This document shows, piece by piece, positions 32,835 through 43,924 of a stretch of DNA of 64,000 nucleotides. Source of the DNA: Candidatus Krumholzibacteriota bacterium (GTDB taxonomy: Bacteria > Krumholzibacteriota > Krumholzibacteriia > JAJRXK01); contig CAVSGG010000009.1 in the NCBI GenBank assembly GCA_963727455.1, positions 384,001 through 448,000 on the forward strand, written 5' to 3'. Every line of letters begins with the position of its first letter. The first letter of the stretch is position 1. A program made the translations under genes and the position numbers. The notes under the pieces were generated by a model that saw only the letters and a program-made list of their open reading frames with translations, was not told where the DNA came from and searched no databases.

Positions 32835-35800
32835 TCACTTCACCAGAGTCATCTTGCGGTGCTCGACCAACTCGCCGGCCTTCAGCTGGTACAGATACAC
32901 TCCGCTAGACACTCTCATGCCGTCCTCGCTCCGTCCGTCCCAGACCACGGTCCGCTCTCCCGCCTCCTCCGCACCGTCCACCAGGGTGCGCACGAGTCGA
33001 CCCCTCTGGTCGTAAATCCTCAGACTCACCTTGCCGCTGCGAGGCAAGACGTAGCGGATCGAAGTCGAAGGATTGAAGGGATTGGGATAGTTCTGATCGA
33101 GCACGAAGCGCCGCCCGGGCGCGTCGTTCACTCCGGTGGGGCTCCCCACCTGAATGGATAGGTTGTCAACTGCCCAACCCCATCCGTGAACGCCCGCGTC
33201 GGCAAAGAGTCGGAAGCGCACCAATATGGTGTCGCCCCAGTCGAAGGTGTTCAGAAGATCGAGACTGCGATGGCGGAAGAGCGAGGAGTTGCCGCTCTGG
33301 GACGAATTCCAGGCGTTGAGCCAATCCGGATCGCTGCGGCTGTCGTAGCCATCCACCAGGGGTAGCCAGGTGCTGCCGTCCTTGGAGCCCTCCACGATCA
33401 CGTAATCCCAGAACGCCAGGTCACCGAACACCGTTCCCGGATCGCCCGGCTCCACCAGCACCACTTCATCGAATTCCATGATCGCGTCGGACTGAGCCAC
33501 CCGAATGGGTATGGTGAGAGTGGAAGTCGAGGTGGTGTTGTCCGCGTAGGGGTGGGCCGATTGGATCGCCTCGTCGCTAAACCCGGACGCCAGGCTCACG
33601 TTCAGTCCACTCCCTTCGAAATCAGGATTGCCGCCGTTGAAATCGGTGGCATAACTGAAAACGGGCGGGTTCAACGCATAGACATAGAGCGACTTGACCG
33701 GGGAAGAGTAGCTCGAGGCCCCCAGGTGGGAGACCAGCTGGATGTTGGCCATTTCCGAGTTCATGACGGACAGTTCCACCAGGGGACGGTCCCCCGCCGC
33801 ATTGGCGGGCAGGACGGTGGCCACCGCACCGTTCATCATGACCTCGGTGGAATCGTACGCGGAGCGCAGGGTCGTCTCCACGTCCAACTCTCCGGAGGGA
33901 ATCTGGTAGAGCTTCTCGATGAGGGGGGTGAAGGTTTTCCCCGCCACCATGCTGGGCCGCTTGACCGACCAGATGCCCAGTCCATGGGTGGCCACCACCA
34001 CTTCGTCTTCGACGGCGGTCAATTGCCAGATGCCCACGTTGGGCAGGCCGTTGTCGGCCAGATGCCAGGATGCTCCGTCGTCGGTCGACTCGAAGAGACC
34101 GATCTCGGTCCCCGCCCACAACGTGGTCGGCTGGTCGGGCAGTACGAGAAGGTCGTAGACCGCCACGTCGGGGAAGCCGTTGCTGCTCGGTGCGCCGGAT
34201 GCGAAGCCGGTGATGTCCTGCCAGCTCTGTCCCTGATCCTGGGTGCGGAGAATCTTGGGCCGGCCCGCGAAGGAGAAGAGGACGTAGGCCGTTTGATCGT
34301 CGCTCGGATGCGTGGCCAGGCCGGAAATTTGTCCCATGGTCACGCCAAGGAAGTCCGGAACCGGCGCGAAACTCAGGCCGCCGTTGGTCGAAAGGTAAAT
34401 TGAGCCGCCCACGTCCATGTGCGAGCCTGCCCACACCACGTCCGGATTGGCCTGCGAGACTCTCACGTCCAGGAAACTGGAGAACACCCAATCGGAGGTG
34501 TTCATGCTGGCGAGGCTCCAGTTCGCCGCAAAATCGTCGCTACGCCACACCCCAGATTTCCCCACTGCAAAGAGCAAGTCCGGCGCGTCGTTGGACTTTC
34601 CGAGCTTGGTGATGAAGGGTGCCGAACCACTTCCCGTGTCGCTCAGACCGCTGGTCGCCGCGTTCCAGGTGGTTCCGCCGTCAATCGAGCGCAAAATCCC
34701 GTTGTATTGATATCCTCCCGCCAGTTTGAGCGGATCGACGAAGTTCCACGAGGTCTCGTAGCCGTCGCCACCGATCTGAAACACCCAGGGGGTCAGGGCG
34801 TCGGGATTTTCAGGAGATCGCCAGGTGGAGTTGTCCTGCATGCCGCCAATATAGGCGCTGGCGCCCGGCTTCTTGTCCACTCCGTAGAATTGGGTCGTAT
34901 TCAAACCGAGGATGGGCATGCTCCAACCGGTGTCCATGTCGGAGGAAACGGCGATGCCACCGTCGTTCGCGTCGAGAAGCCGCCACGGGGTATTCAGGTT
35001 TCCAGGCAAGAGCACGAGATTGTGATGATCAACGTGCACTCCCGTCTGGGCGAGAAGCGTACTCTGCCGATGGCTCGCATCGAGCATGGTGATCTTCCAC
35101 AACTGGATCCCCCCCACGTAGACCACGTCGGGGTCGGTGGGATGACACAGTATGGTGTTGTCGTACCAGCCCTGCGCTCCCAGCCAATTCGGCTCGGTCC
35201 CCATCTCCGTAGTCTGAGCCCAGGTGGCTCCCGCGTCCGAGGAGATCCAGAGCTGGCTGGTTCCGGAAGCGCCCTGAGCCGCAGCGAAGATGCGGCTGGT
35301 ATTCACGGGAGAGATGGCCAACTCGAAGCGACCAGCGAAATCCGTAATTCCGCTGTTGGTGTAGGACCAGCTGTCCCCGCTATCGATAGACTTCAGGATT
35401 CCTCCCTGCCGTACTGTCGCGTAGAGCACGGTGAAATCCCCCGGGGTCGCTTTCAGGTCCTGCACGTCGTTCCCCGCGTCGGGTTGCGTGAAAACCGTGG
35501 TCCAGGTGGCGCCGCCATCGGTGGACTTGAAGATGTTCGAACTGATGTTGTAGTCCTGCTTGTAGCGACCGGTCGTGGCCGCGACGATCAGCACATCGGG
35601 GTCATTGGGATCGACCAGGATGCGCGAGATGTTGTTGAACTCGGGATCATCGAGGGTGCTCGCCAGCGGAGCCCAGCTTGCGCCATGGTCCACGGACTTC
35701 AGCATGCCGTTACCGTTCATTGCATCGATGTTGAAGAAGCTCTCCCCCGTCCCTGCATAAATGATGTCGGGCTGACTCTCGCACTGGGCCAGCGTAGAAG

Positions 35801-36335
35801 TGGCGAAGCTCTGCGGATCGGGCGTCACCAGCAGCCAGTTCGCCCCCGCGTCGGAGGTCTTCCACACGCCTCCGCCGACCGATCCCACGAACCAGGTGTT
35901 CCCCGTGGCGTCCGAGGGATCGACCAGCAGACCACGAGCTCGCCCCGCCACATTGCCCGGCCCCCGCTCCACCCAGGATAGAGGCGTGCTCGCGGCCTTG
36001 GCGCTCGACTTGGCCTTCTCGAGCTCGAGGATGCGGTATCCCTTTTGGTACCCGTCCTCGATCCGGTCGGCAGGAACTTTCATGTCGTGGAGAATCTTCA
36101 GGAAGAGGTCGGGGCGGTCGGTTTCCGGTTCCCCGCGCTCCTCGTTCCGGGCGTCCTCGATCTTGGAATCGAGGTGGAAGGCGGTGGGCGAGCCACTCCC
36201 GAAATGCTGCCGCAGATGAATCAAGCGCGCCAATTGCTCACGATAGTGGCTGGAATCCTCCCGGGGAAGGAAGACAAAGAGAAGTCCAGTGGCCGCGAGA
36301 AGGAGAAGCACCTGAAGTCGTCGAGTCGGTCGCAT
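32835..36335 (-). CDS. Secreted BNR/Asp-box (VPS10/GH74-like) beta-propeller protein with C-terminal FlgD-Ig domain
   Basis: N-terminal hydrophobic signal; many SxDxGxTW Asp-boxes; C-terminal LDQNYPNPFNPSTSI...WDGRSEDG...SSGVYLYQL. Confidence 0.82.
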   Translation of the reverse strand: MRPTRRLQVLLLLAATGLLFVFLPREDSSHYREQLARLIHLRQHFGSGSPTAFHLDSKIEDARNEERGEPETDRPDLFLKILHDMKVPADRIEDGYQKGYRILELEKAKSSAKAASTPLSWVERGPGNVAGRARGLLVDPSDATGNTWFVGSVGGGVWKTSDAGANWLLVTPDPQSFATSTLAQCESQPDIIYAGTGESFFNIDAMNGNGMLKSVDHGASWAPLASTLDDPEFNNISRILVDPNDPDVLIVAATTGRYKQDYNISSNIFKSTDGGATWTTVFTQPDAGNDVQDLKATPGDFTVLYATVRQGGILKSIDSGDSWSYTNSGITDFAGRFELAISPVNTSRIFAAAQGASGTSQLWISSDAGATWAQTTEMGTEPNWLGAQGWYDNTILCHPTDPDVVYVGGIQLWKITMLDASHRQSTLLAQTGVHVDHHNLVLLPGNLNTPWRLLDANDGGIAVSSDMDTGWSMPILGLNTTQFYGVDKKPGASAYIGGMQDNSTWRSPENPDALTPWVFQIGGDGYETSWNFVDPLKLAGGYQYNGILRSIDGGTTWNAATSGLSDTGSGSAPFITKLGKSNDAPDLLFAVGKSGVWRSDDFAANWSLASMNTSDWVFSSFLDVRVSQANPDVVWAGSHMDVGGSIYLSTNGGLSFAPVPDFLGVTMGQISGLATHPSDDQTAYVLFSFAGRPKILRTQDQGQSWQDITGFASGAPSSNGFPDVAVYDLLVLPDQPTTLWAGTEIGLFESTDDGASWHLADNGLPNVGIWQLTAVEDEVVVATHGLGIWSVKRPSMVAGKTFTPLIEKLYQIPSGELDVETTLRSAYDSTEVMMNGAVATVLPANAAGDRPLVELSVMNSEMANIQLVSHLGASSYSSPVKSLYVYALNPPVFSYATDFNGGNPDFEGSGLNVSLASGFSDEAIQSAHPYADNTTSTSTLTIPIRVAQSDAIMEFDEVVLVEPGDPGTVFGDLAFWDYVIVEGSKDGSTWLPLVDGYDSRSDPDWLNAWNSSQSGNSSLFRHRSLDLLNTFDWGDTILVRFRLFADAGVHGWGWAVDNLSIQVGSPTGVNDAPGRRFVLDQNYPNPFNPSTSIRYVLPRSGKVSLRIYDQRGRLVRTLVDGAEEAGERTVVWDGRSEDGMRVSSGVYLYQLKAGELVEHRKMTLVK

Positions 36336-36455
36336 TGTCGCGCTTTCTGCGGGATTCTAGTAAGAAGGAGCCAAGACACGATGCCCCCATAGGTGATATT
36401 TACCCGCAACGAAGCGATACTGACAATCCCCCTGCCCGAAAGGCCGAACAGAACG

Positions 36456-37445
36456 ATGCAATATCGCAGATTGGGCAATAGTGGCCTGAAAGTCTCAGCT
36501 CTCTCCTTTGGTTCCTGGGTGACCTTCGACCTCCAGCTCGGCGACGAGTCGGCACAAGAATGCATGGAGGTGGCGTACGAGGCCGGGGTCAATTACTTCG
36601 ACAACGCCGAAGCCTACGCCGCGGGCCATTCCGAAGAGATCATGGGACGAGTTCTGAAGAAGCTGGGATGGGGCCGCGATACTTACTGCGTCTCTTCGAA
36701 GGTCTTCTGGGGCGGCGAGAAGCCGACGCAACGCGGACTCTCCGCGAAGCACGTGCACGACGCCTGCCACGCCGCCCTGCGCCGTTTCCAACTGGATTAT
36801 CTCGACCTATTTTTCTGTCACCGTCCCGACGCGGAGACTCCCATCGTGGAAACGGTCCGCGCCATGGACACCCTCATTCGGCAGGGCAAGGTGCTCTACT
36901 GGGGAACCAGCGAGTGGAGTGCAGTGGAGATCATGGAGGCGCACAAGGTCGCGCGCGAGTGGGGACTCATTCCTCCGGTGATGGAGCAACCGCAGTACAA
37001 CATGTACTCGCGCCAACGGGTGGAGGCCGAGTATCGCCATCTTTACGAAACGGTGGGATTGGGAACGACGATTTGGTCGCCCCTGGCCTCGGGAATTTTG
37101 ACTGGAAAGTACAAGGACGGCGCTCCCGAAGGCTCACGGGTGAATCTGCCCGGTTACGACTGGCTCAAGGAGATCATCTTTTCCGAGGAGGGGAAGGAGA
37201 AGATCCGCAAGACGGTCCATCTGGAACCTGTGGCCCAAGAACTCGGGATGAGCCTGGCTCAGCTCGCTATCGCCTGGTGTCTGAAGAACGAACGGGTAAG
37301 CACGGTCATCCTCGGCGCCTCGAATGTGGATCAGTTGCGGGAGAATCTGAAAACTATGGCTCTCGTGTCCAAGCTGGACGAGACGGTGATGGAACGCATC
37401 GAGAAGATCCTGGATAACAAGCCGCCGGCTCCGCCGCGCTACTGA
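36456..37445 (+). CDS. Aldo/keto reductase (Kv-beta-like)
   Basis: MQYRRLGNSGLKVS, FDNAEAYAAG, YWGTSEWS and WSPLASGILTGKY. Confidence 0.9.
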   Translation: MQYRRLGNSGLKVSALSFGSWVTFDLQLGDESAQECMEVAYEAGVNYFDNAEAYAAGHSEEIMGRVLKKLGWGRDTYCVSSKVFWGGEKPTQRGLSAKHVHDACHAALRRFQLDYLDLFFCHRPDAETPIVETVRAMDTLIRQGKVLYWGTSEWSAVEIMEAHKVAREWGLIPPVMEQPQYNMYSRQRVEAEYRHLYETVGLGTTIWSPLASGILTGKYKDGAPEGSRVNLPGYDWLKEIIFSEEGKEKIRKTVHLEPVAQELGMSLAQLAIAWCLKNERVSTVILGASNVDQLRENLKTMALVSKLDETVMERIEKILDNKPPAPPRY

Positions 37446-38329
37446 ACCGCAGCCTGTGACCAGCGCCAGAATTCCTCCTGCAGCCTCTCGTCCCGGCTGA
37501 GCGGGGAAGACTCCACGCGCTCCTTCAGGTAGAAGTAGGCGCCGCTGACTCCTGCGAGCTGGGGCGCGGTGGCCAAGTGCACCACCGCGTCGCTTCCCTC
37601 GCTGACTTTCTTGAAGAAGGGGGCTCCAGCGCGCCACAGCCAGCCCGCAAGCCTGGAGTGGCCAGTCGCGATTCCCGTAGGAAGCGTGCCCGGATGCAGA
37701 CAATTCACGTCGACACGACGTTCTGCGAGCCGCCGCGCCAAGGAATAGGTGAAGAGGATGTTGGCCAGCTTGGACCGGGCGTAAGCTTCCCAGAAGGAAT
37801 AGTGCCTGGACAGGGTCATGTCGTCGAAGTCGATGCGGCCGCGGGTATGCGCAACGGAGGCCACGTTCACGACGCGCGCGCCGGGAGGTAGAAGGCCCAA
37901 GAGCTGGTTCGTGAGCAAGAAGGGGCCGAGGTGGTTGACGGCCAGAGTCCACTCGTGGCCCTGTGGACTGAGCCGGTGGGTGCGCGAGATGAGGCCGGCG
38001 TTGTTCACGAGAACATCGAGGACCTCATGCATCTCCTCCACGACCGCAACCGCGCGTCGAACTTGCTCGAGGTCACCCAGATCGCAGAGGAGGAGTTCCG
38101 TCTTGTCGCTCTCGGCGGTGTTGCGAATCCACTCCTGCGCGCGGCGACCGCGATTCTCATCGCGTACCAGAAGTACGACCCAAAAATTTTGCAGGGCCAA
38201 ATCGCGCGCCACCAGACGTCCGATTCCCGAACTCGCGCCGGTAACGAGCGCCACTCTCTGGCGCCGCGCATCTCCCTTCCGCTCGACCTGAGGCCGAGTC
38301 ACAGTTTTCAGATCAACGGCCTTGGACAT
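37439..38329 (-). CDS. SDR family (retinol dehydrogenase-like) oxidoreductase
   Basis: TGASSGIG, NNAG, VNHLGPFLLT and YARSK. Confidence 0.88.
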   Translation of the reverse strand: MSKAVDLKTVTRPQVERKGDARRQRVALVTGASSGIGRLVARDLALQNFWVVLLVRDENRGRRAQEWIRNTAESDKTELLLCDLGDLEQVRRAVAVVEEMHEVLDVLVNNAGLISRTHRLSPQGHEWTLAVNHLGPFLLTNQLLGLLPPGARVVNVASVAHTRGRIDFDDMTLSRHYSFWEAYARSKLANILFTYSLARRLAERRVDVNCLHPGTLPTGIATGHSRLAGWLWRAGAPFFKKVSEGSDAVVHLATAPQLAGVSGAYFYLKERVESSPLSRDERLQEEFWRWSQAAVQ

Positions 38330-38334
38330 CTCTC

Positions 38335-40982
38335 TTATCGGGCGGCCGACCGGTGCATCAACCGCTCCATCTCCGCGGGGACGTTCATCATCAGGTGAAA
38401 CGCTCTCTGCCCTTGGGTATCTCGATTGTACACGATAGCCAAACGCTCACCGCCGGGGTACACGTCATAGTCCTCGACGTAGCCACCGAGTTCTTCGTGC
38501 GAGAGGATTTTCTCTGGTCGGCCCACTCGAAACCGAGGACTGAGGCTCAGCTCGACCCGATACAAAGCCTCACCTTGAGGCCCTGAATAGAAGAGGGCTT
38601 TCCCGTCACTTGCCCAGCGAGCTCCGATCCCCCCGTCGACAGAGACCTGAGTGCGGCCCCCGCCCTCCATTCGTGAGACATAGACCTCGCTCCGGTTGGA
38701 ACTCACGGCACCATACGCCAACCAACGCCCATCCGGAGAGACCTTGGCCCCCGTCTCGTTGAAGGGGGACTGGACGAGCGGGACTCACCTTCTGATCCTC
38801 CAGAGAGAACTTCATGATGTCCATTCCCGTTCCCTTGTCGAAACTTCCGAACAGGAGAGCCTCCCCATCCGGAGTCCAGTCAAAGGCATTCAGGTCCCTC
38901 GCGCTGGGAAAGAGGAGCCGCGGAGTCGCCCCTCCCTGGGCGGCAATCGAATAGAGCTCGAAGGGGCCTCGTCGCATGCTCGCGAAGGTAATGGTCCGTC
39001 CATCCGGCGAGTAAATCGCGCTCTGGTTGGTGCCATCGACGGTGAGCTGCGTTAGAGATTGGCGTACCGAATCCAGTACCCAAACATCGCTCTTACCCGC
39101 CTCCTCGATACAGAGGACCATGTGCCTTCCGTCTGGCGCAATCGAGACCCGATCATAGTCGCGCTCTTCGGGGACGATCGGCTCGACCTTGCCCTCCAGA
39201 TCCGCCCACACCAGGCGCCCATGCGACGCAAAATCGGGCAGGTAGCAGAGATTGGTGCCCCCTACCGTGACGTTCGAAGAACCATCGGTGATACTCACCC
39301 GCACCGGATCGATCAGTGGAACGGGATCCCCCGTGACTTTGGCCCGATCGGGATCGAAGGGCGCGCACATGAGCGTGGCGCCCTGCACATAGAGGAGATA
39401 GCCGGGCTCCATGTACATGGGAGAAACTCCGTTCTCCACCACAACGTGAGCTTCTTTGCTCTTGCGGCTCACCACCTTGATGCGCGCATCGTCCAAGCGC
39501 GTACTCCAGGCCGTGAACAAGACATGGTCGTCGTCGGGAAGAACCCAAGGTTGCCAATGACCCAGCTCCCCCGCGCTGCTGTCGGGATGTGTGAGCGCAA
39601 CGGGAGAACCACCCACGGCCGGGATGGATACGAGTCCCGAGCTGAGGCTCGTGGGGCAGATGATCTGGCCGTCCTTGGTCCACGCGACTCCCGCAGGACC
39701 TCCCACGTCTTTCGAGATGAGCAAGGGCGTGCCACCCTCGACGGAAACGCGCATCAGACGACCATTTTCGCCTTGGCTTCGGAAAGCGACCCAACGGCCA
39801 TCTGGGGAGAAGCAGGGGCTGGTTGCGCCCATTTCGGTGAGTTTGCGCGAGTCCCAAGAATCAAGATTGCGCAGGAAGAGACGCGGTCCCTCCGGAGTTC
39901 TTGCGCTAAAGGCCAGCATCCGCCCATCGCGCGATAGGGCCGGGGCAAGCGAGAGGGGAACGGTATCCACGTTGGGTTTGAGGGCGACCCTCGTCTGCCG
40001 CAAAGACTCCGGTTCTTGATGACCGCTGACCCGGAGCACTGCAAAGCTCAGCAGGGCCCCCACGACGAGACCCAGGCCCAGCCACAGGAGCCGGGACTGA
40101 CGACGGGGACTGGCGATCTGGGGGGCTACCATCATTCTCGAATCGGCAATCACGTCCTCGAGCTCGATGCGCGCATCGCCGATATCGCGCAGACGCCGCT
40201 TCAGGTCCTTTTCCAGACACCGTTCGAGCAGCCGCTTTACGCTCGGTGGTGACATTGGCGGGCAGAAGCTCCCAGGCAGGTGCACGCTCGAGGATCTTCG
40301 CGATGGTGTCCGATACCGTCTCGGCCTGAAACAGTTGGTGCGCCGTCAACATCTCGAAGAGCACGCAACCGAAGGCCCAGATGTCGGCCCGCTTGTCCAC
40401 CATCTTGCCCCTGGCCTGCTCGGGGCTCATGTAGGCCGCGGTGCCCAGGATCACTCCGGCGGTGCTCACGTCGACGATGGTGGGCGAGTGGTCGATGTCG
40501 CTGTCAGTGCTTTCGATCGCCTTGGCCAGACCGAAGTCCAGCACCTTGACCTTGCCGTCGGCCGCGAAGCGGATGTTGGCGGGCTTGAGGTCACGGTGCA
40601 CTACGCCATTCTCGTGCGCTACTTCGAGCGCCTCGGCCACCTGGGCGGCCACGCGCGCTGCCTCGTCGACCGGCATGGGTCCGCGCGCGAGCCGGGTGGA
40701 GAGGTCCTCTCCCTCGACCAATTCCATGGCCAAAAAGTACACGCCTTCGTGCTGGGAAAAATCGTAGAGCGTGGCGATGTGGGGATGATTGAGCGAGGCA
40801 AGGAGGCGCGCCTCTCGTTCGAAACGTGCCACGCGCTCCCGGTCGGCAGCGAACTGCTCGGGGAGGATTTTGACGGCGACAGTGCGTCCCAGGCGTATGT
40901 CGCGCGCGCGATACACCTCGCCCATGCCGCCGACGCCGACCCGCGCTTCGATTTCGTAGTGGCCGAGAGTCTTCCCGATCAT
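38335..40982 (-). CDS. Ser/Thr protein kinase with TM helix and TolB/PD40 beta-propeller (frameshifted)
   Basis: [29 protein letters not shown]; TM LLWLGLGLVVGALL; repeated SPDGR motifs across ORFs 39906-40982, 38606-40285 and 38335-38721. Confidence 0.85.
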
Positions 40983-41013
40983 CGTGGATTCCAGTACTTG
41001 TTGCGCATGCGGA

Positions 41014-41040
41014 GACGTCCCGGCTTTGTGCCGGGACGTC
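41014..41040. terminator. 11-bp inverted repeat at the end of the TonB/PorV operon
   Basis: GACGTCCCGGC-tttgt-GCCGGGACGTC; no U tract. Confidence 0.35.
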
Positions 41041-41100
41041 GCTGGGAGAATGACTTGGATGATACCCGGATTCTCTCCGGGGCCAAAGACAAACCCTGGT

Positions 41101-42112
41101 TCAGCTCTTGACCGCGATGGTCACCGCTCCCTCCTTCGGGGCTTCGCTGCGTGCCTGCGTCATGATCTTGAGCCTGATGGGCGAGCCGGCCAAATGCCGC
41201 GCCAGCTGCTCCTGGACCACAGCACCCATGGCCTCGGCAATCTCGTGGCTGCGCGCGAAGACATGGATCTCGATCGGCTCCTTCGCGTTCGCGTACTGGT
41301 TCAACCAGGAGGCGGCCTCCACCAGCCAGGGATCGTCCACCCCCGCCGGCCGCTGCGCCACCTCGGGCCCCATGAGCGACTTCCCCGAGAAGACCAGGCG
41401 GAATGCGTGGTCGGTCGCGAGACGATAGGGAGACACCTGAAATCCCTCACCCACGAAATTGCGCCGATTTCCCGCCTTGTCCTTGGCCGTAAGCACGTAC
41501 GAGTAGACGAGTCCGGGCAGAGCCAGCTCTCCCGAATCGTAGACTCCATTCCAGACGATCTCCTTGGGGAGCGATCCCTTTCCATTGAAGACACGCACCG
41601 TGTCGCCTTTGGAGTCGGCGATGATGAGCTGCCAGCTGGCCACGTCATCGAGCTCGGGGTGAAAGCGTGCCACCGAACCCTCGCGGAATTGCCGCAACCA
41701 GGGATGGCCCAGCGATTGGGCTCGATCCGCAGTGGAGGTGTTCACCAGGGGCGAGAGTAGGTCCACCTCCCGTCGCTGTACGACGTCCAGCGCGCTGCCC
41801 CAGCTCAGACCCTCGATGGCGTAACCGTCGATCTTCAGGTCGAGCTTGCGGACGATCGAATTCGATCTGGATCTTGTCCTCGCCTTCCACGGTGAGGGAA
41901 CGCAAGACCGTGGTCTTCTCGTCTCCCTTCAAAGTCATCGAGTCCGGCGCGGCATTGATCGCGTTCTGCTTCGCGGGATCCGAAGAGGGATCGGAAGTGG
42001 AATTCGCCGCGCTGCGTGCCGTCGCGGAGAGGGGCAAAAGCACGAGCGCCAGGATTCCGCTGGCAGCGGCGATCGCGATTCTTCGCGTCTTGCGGAAGCT
42101 TCGGGGTTTCAT
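41101..42112 (-). CDS. Exported hypothetical protein with FlgD-like domain (frameshift near 41845)
   Basis: Signal peptide MKPRSFRK...LLPLSATA; WQLIIADSKGDTVRVFNGKGSLPKEIVWNG...YSYVLTAKDKAGN. Confidence 0.65.
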
Positions 42113-42129
42113 GATCGGCGACCCTTTCA

Positions 42130-43077
42130 CTAGCTGGTCAATCTGAAGTGGATGGTGATGCTGCCCCATTGCTCCTGGTTCGAGCCGGCGGGGAGCGCCT
42201 CGAAACGCCACAGCCGTAGGGCCTGCTGCGCTCTGAGATCGAAGTCTTGATAACCTGAAGTGCGGTGCACCATGACGTTCTTCTTCACGCTGCCGTCGGG
42301 CAACACCACGAAACTCAGCATCACGGTGCCCTCCACGCCCTCCTTCTTCGCCCACTCGGGATAGGCCGGCATGATGTACTTACGGATCGGCCGGTCCGCC
42401 GCCGGTCCGGCCAGGGACGCACCCGAGAGAGTGCGCCGCACCGTGAGGTCGGCGTTTTTGGGGATGATGGCGCTGGGCGCGGTGGCGACCTCGGTCGGCT
42501 TCACGTTTGCGAGCGACGGGGTGCGACTCAAAGTTCGTTCCCTTCGCAACTCGGAAGGAGCCGCGGTCGGCACGCCAGATTCGCGAATGAGTTTCTTCTC
42601 GTCCACGGCGCCCGTCTTGGCAAGCTCGGTTGCGGGGGCCTTGAGCAGCGCGGAACTGTGGGGTGTCTCCACCGCCAGCGTGGGTTTGCTGTCGCGGAGC
42701 GCGGCCAACCGTTCGCTGAGCCGATCGTCGCGCGCGGTGAGGCTCTGCGGCTTCGGTTCGACCTCGGCCTTTTCGTTCTCCACCCGCTCGAAACGAGCCT
42801 GGGTGGTCGGCTGCGGTGAGGGTTTCTCCTTCAGCTTCGGCTTTTCGGTCGCCGCCTGCACCGGCGGCGCCGCCACCTCGACGGGATTCTTGGTTGTTCC
42901 CGAATCTTCCAGCCAGGTGAACTCCGTCAGCGCGGCCGGTGGTGGCGCGATCTTCGGTGCCATGAGCAGAAGCATGATGAGCAGCGCGTGGACGATCAGA
43001 CTGCTGATCCATCCTTTCTGCTTCAGCTCGTGCTCTTCACGAAGCTCCAGAGTTTGCGCGTAGGCGATGGCATTCAT
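42130..43077 (-). CDS. tonB: Energy transducer TonB
   Basis: TM with SxxxH (SLIVH), Pro/Lys/Glu-rich linker and TonB_C YPEWAKKEGVEGTVMLSFVVLPDGSV. Confidence 0.85.
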   Translation of the reverse strand: MNAIAYAQTLELREEHELKQKGWISSLIVHALLIMLLLMAPKIAPPPAALTEFTWLEDSGTTKNPVEVAAPPVQAATEKPKLKEKPSPQPTTQARFERVENEKAEVEPKPQSLTARDDRLSERLAALRDSKPTLAVETPHSSALLKAPATELAKTGAVDEKKLIRESGVPTAAPSELRRERTLSRTPSLANVKPTEVATAPSAIIPKNADLTVRRTLSGASLAGPAADRPIRKYIMPAYPEWAKKEGVEGTVMLSFVVLPDGSVKKNVMVHRTSGYQDFDLRAQQALRLWRFEALPAGSNQEQWGSITIHFRLTS

Positions 43078-43501
43078 GGCTTCTCGCTCCCGCTTTGATT
43101 GGTGGCCACCGCGACGCGACGCGCGCCGGACTTCTTCGACAGCCTTCCATGATGGCCCGAACCTCTCCGTGGGTGGCCCTGGCATCCGCGCGCACGACCA
43201 CGAGCGTCTTGTCCCCATTCGCCGTCATCAGTCGCCTTTGGATGGCTTGCGCGAGTGAGGGGAGGGTCACCATCTGCTCATCGACCGCGAGCTGCCCCTC
43301 GGAGCTGTAGCTCACGCTGATCCGATGTTCGTCCTCGGCTCCGCGCGTGTGGGCCGTGGGCAGTTTGATGTCCAGATCGGCCACCGTGATCATCGGAGCG
43401 GTGACCAAAAGGATGATCACCAACACCAGCGCCACGTCGATGATCGGCGTCACGTTGATCTTGACGAAGCAAGGAAGCTCCTCGAACAGCGGCTTCTTCA
43501 T
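43074..43501 (-). CDS. exbD: ExbD/TolR family protein (3' frameshift)
   Basis: INVTPIIDVALVLVIILL and VVRADARATHG. The corrected frame ends at the ATGA overlap with tonB. Confidence 0.85.
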
Positions 43502-43504
43502 GAT

Positions 43505-43912
43505 CTACTCCTTCACCGCGATCTTCCGAGCTCCACACAACTTCGCCCGGTCCAGAACGTTGACGAAACGACCGTGGCTGACGGCGTCAGCGCACTCCAC
43601 GACCACTTCGCTCTCTCCGGCGTTCGCCAGGAGCGGGGTCAAGATCTCCTCCAGCTGCTGCTGGTCGATGCGCTCGCGATTCACCGTGAGTGCCTCGTCG
43701 CTGAGAATCTTGATCTCCACCCTCTCCTGCTTGGTCTTCTCGGTGGCTTTCCTGCCGCTGGCGGCGGCCTGTCTGAGCGCGATGCTCGACTCGAAGGCCA
43801 GTGGGGTCGCCAGCAGCAGGATCACCACCAGAACCAAGGAGACGTCGATGAGCGGGGTCACGTTGATTTCGTGACTTCCGCCGCCGCCAGGTGAGTATTC
43901 TGACTTGCGCAT
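43505..43912 (-). CDS. exbD: ExbD/TolR family protein
   Basis: EINVTPLIDVSLVLVVILL and VSHGRFVNVLDRAKLCGARKI. Confidence 0.88.
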   Translation of the reverse strand: MRKSEYSPGGGGSHEINVTPLIDVSLVLVVILLLATPLAFESSIALRQAAASGRKATEKTKQERVEIKILSDEALTVNRERIDQQQLEEILTPLLANAGESEVVVECADAVSHGRFVNVLDRAKLCGARKIAVKE

Positions 43913-43924
43913 GGATATCCTCGC

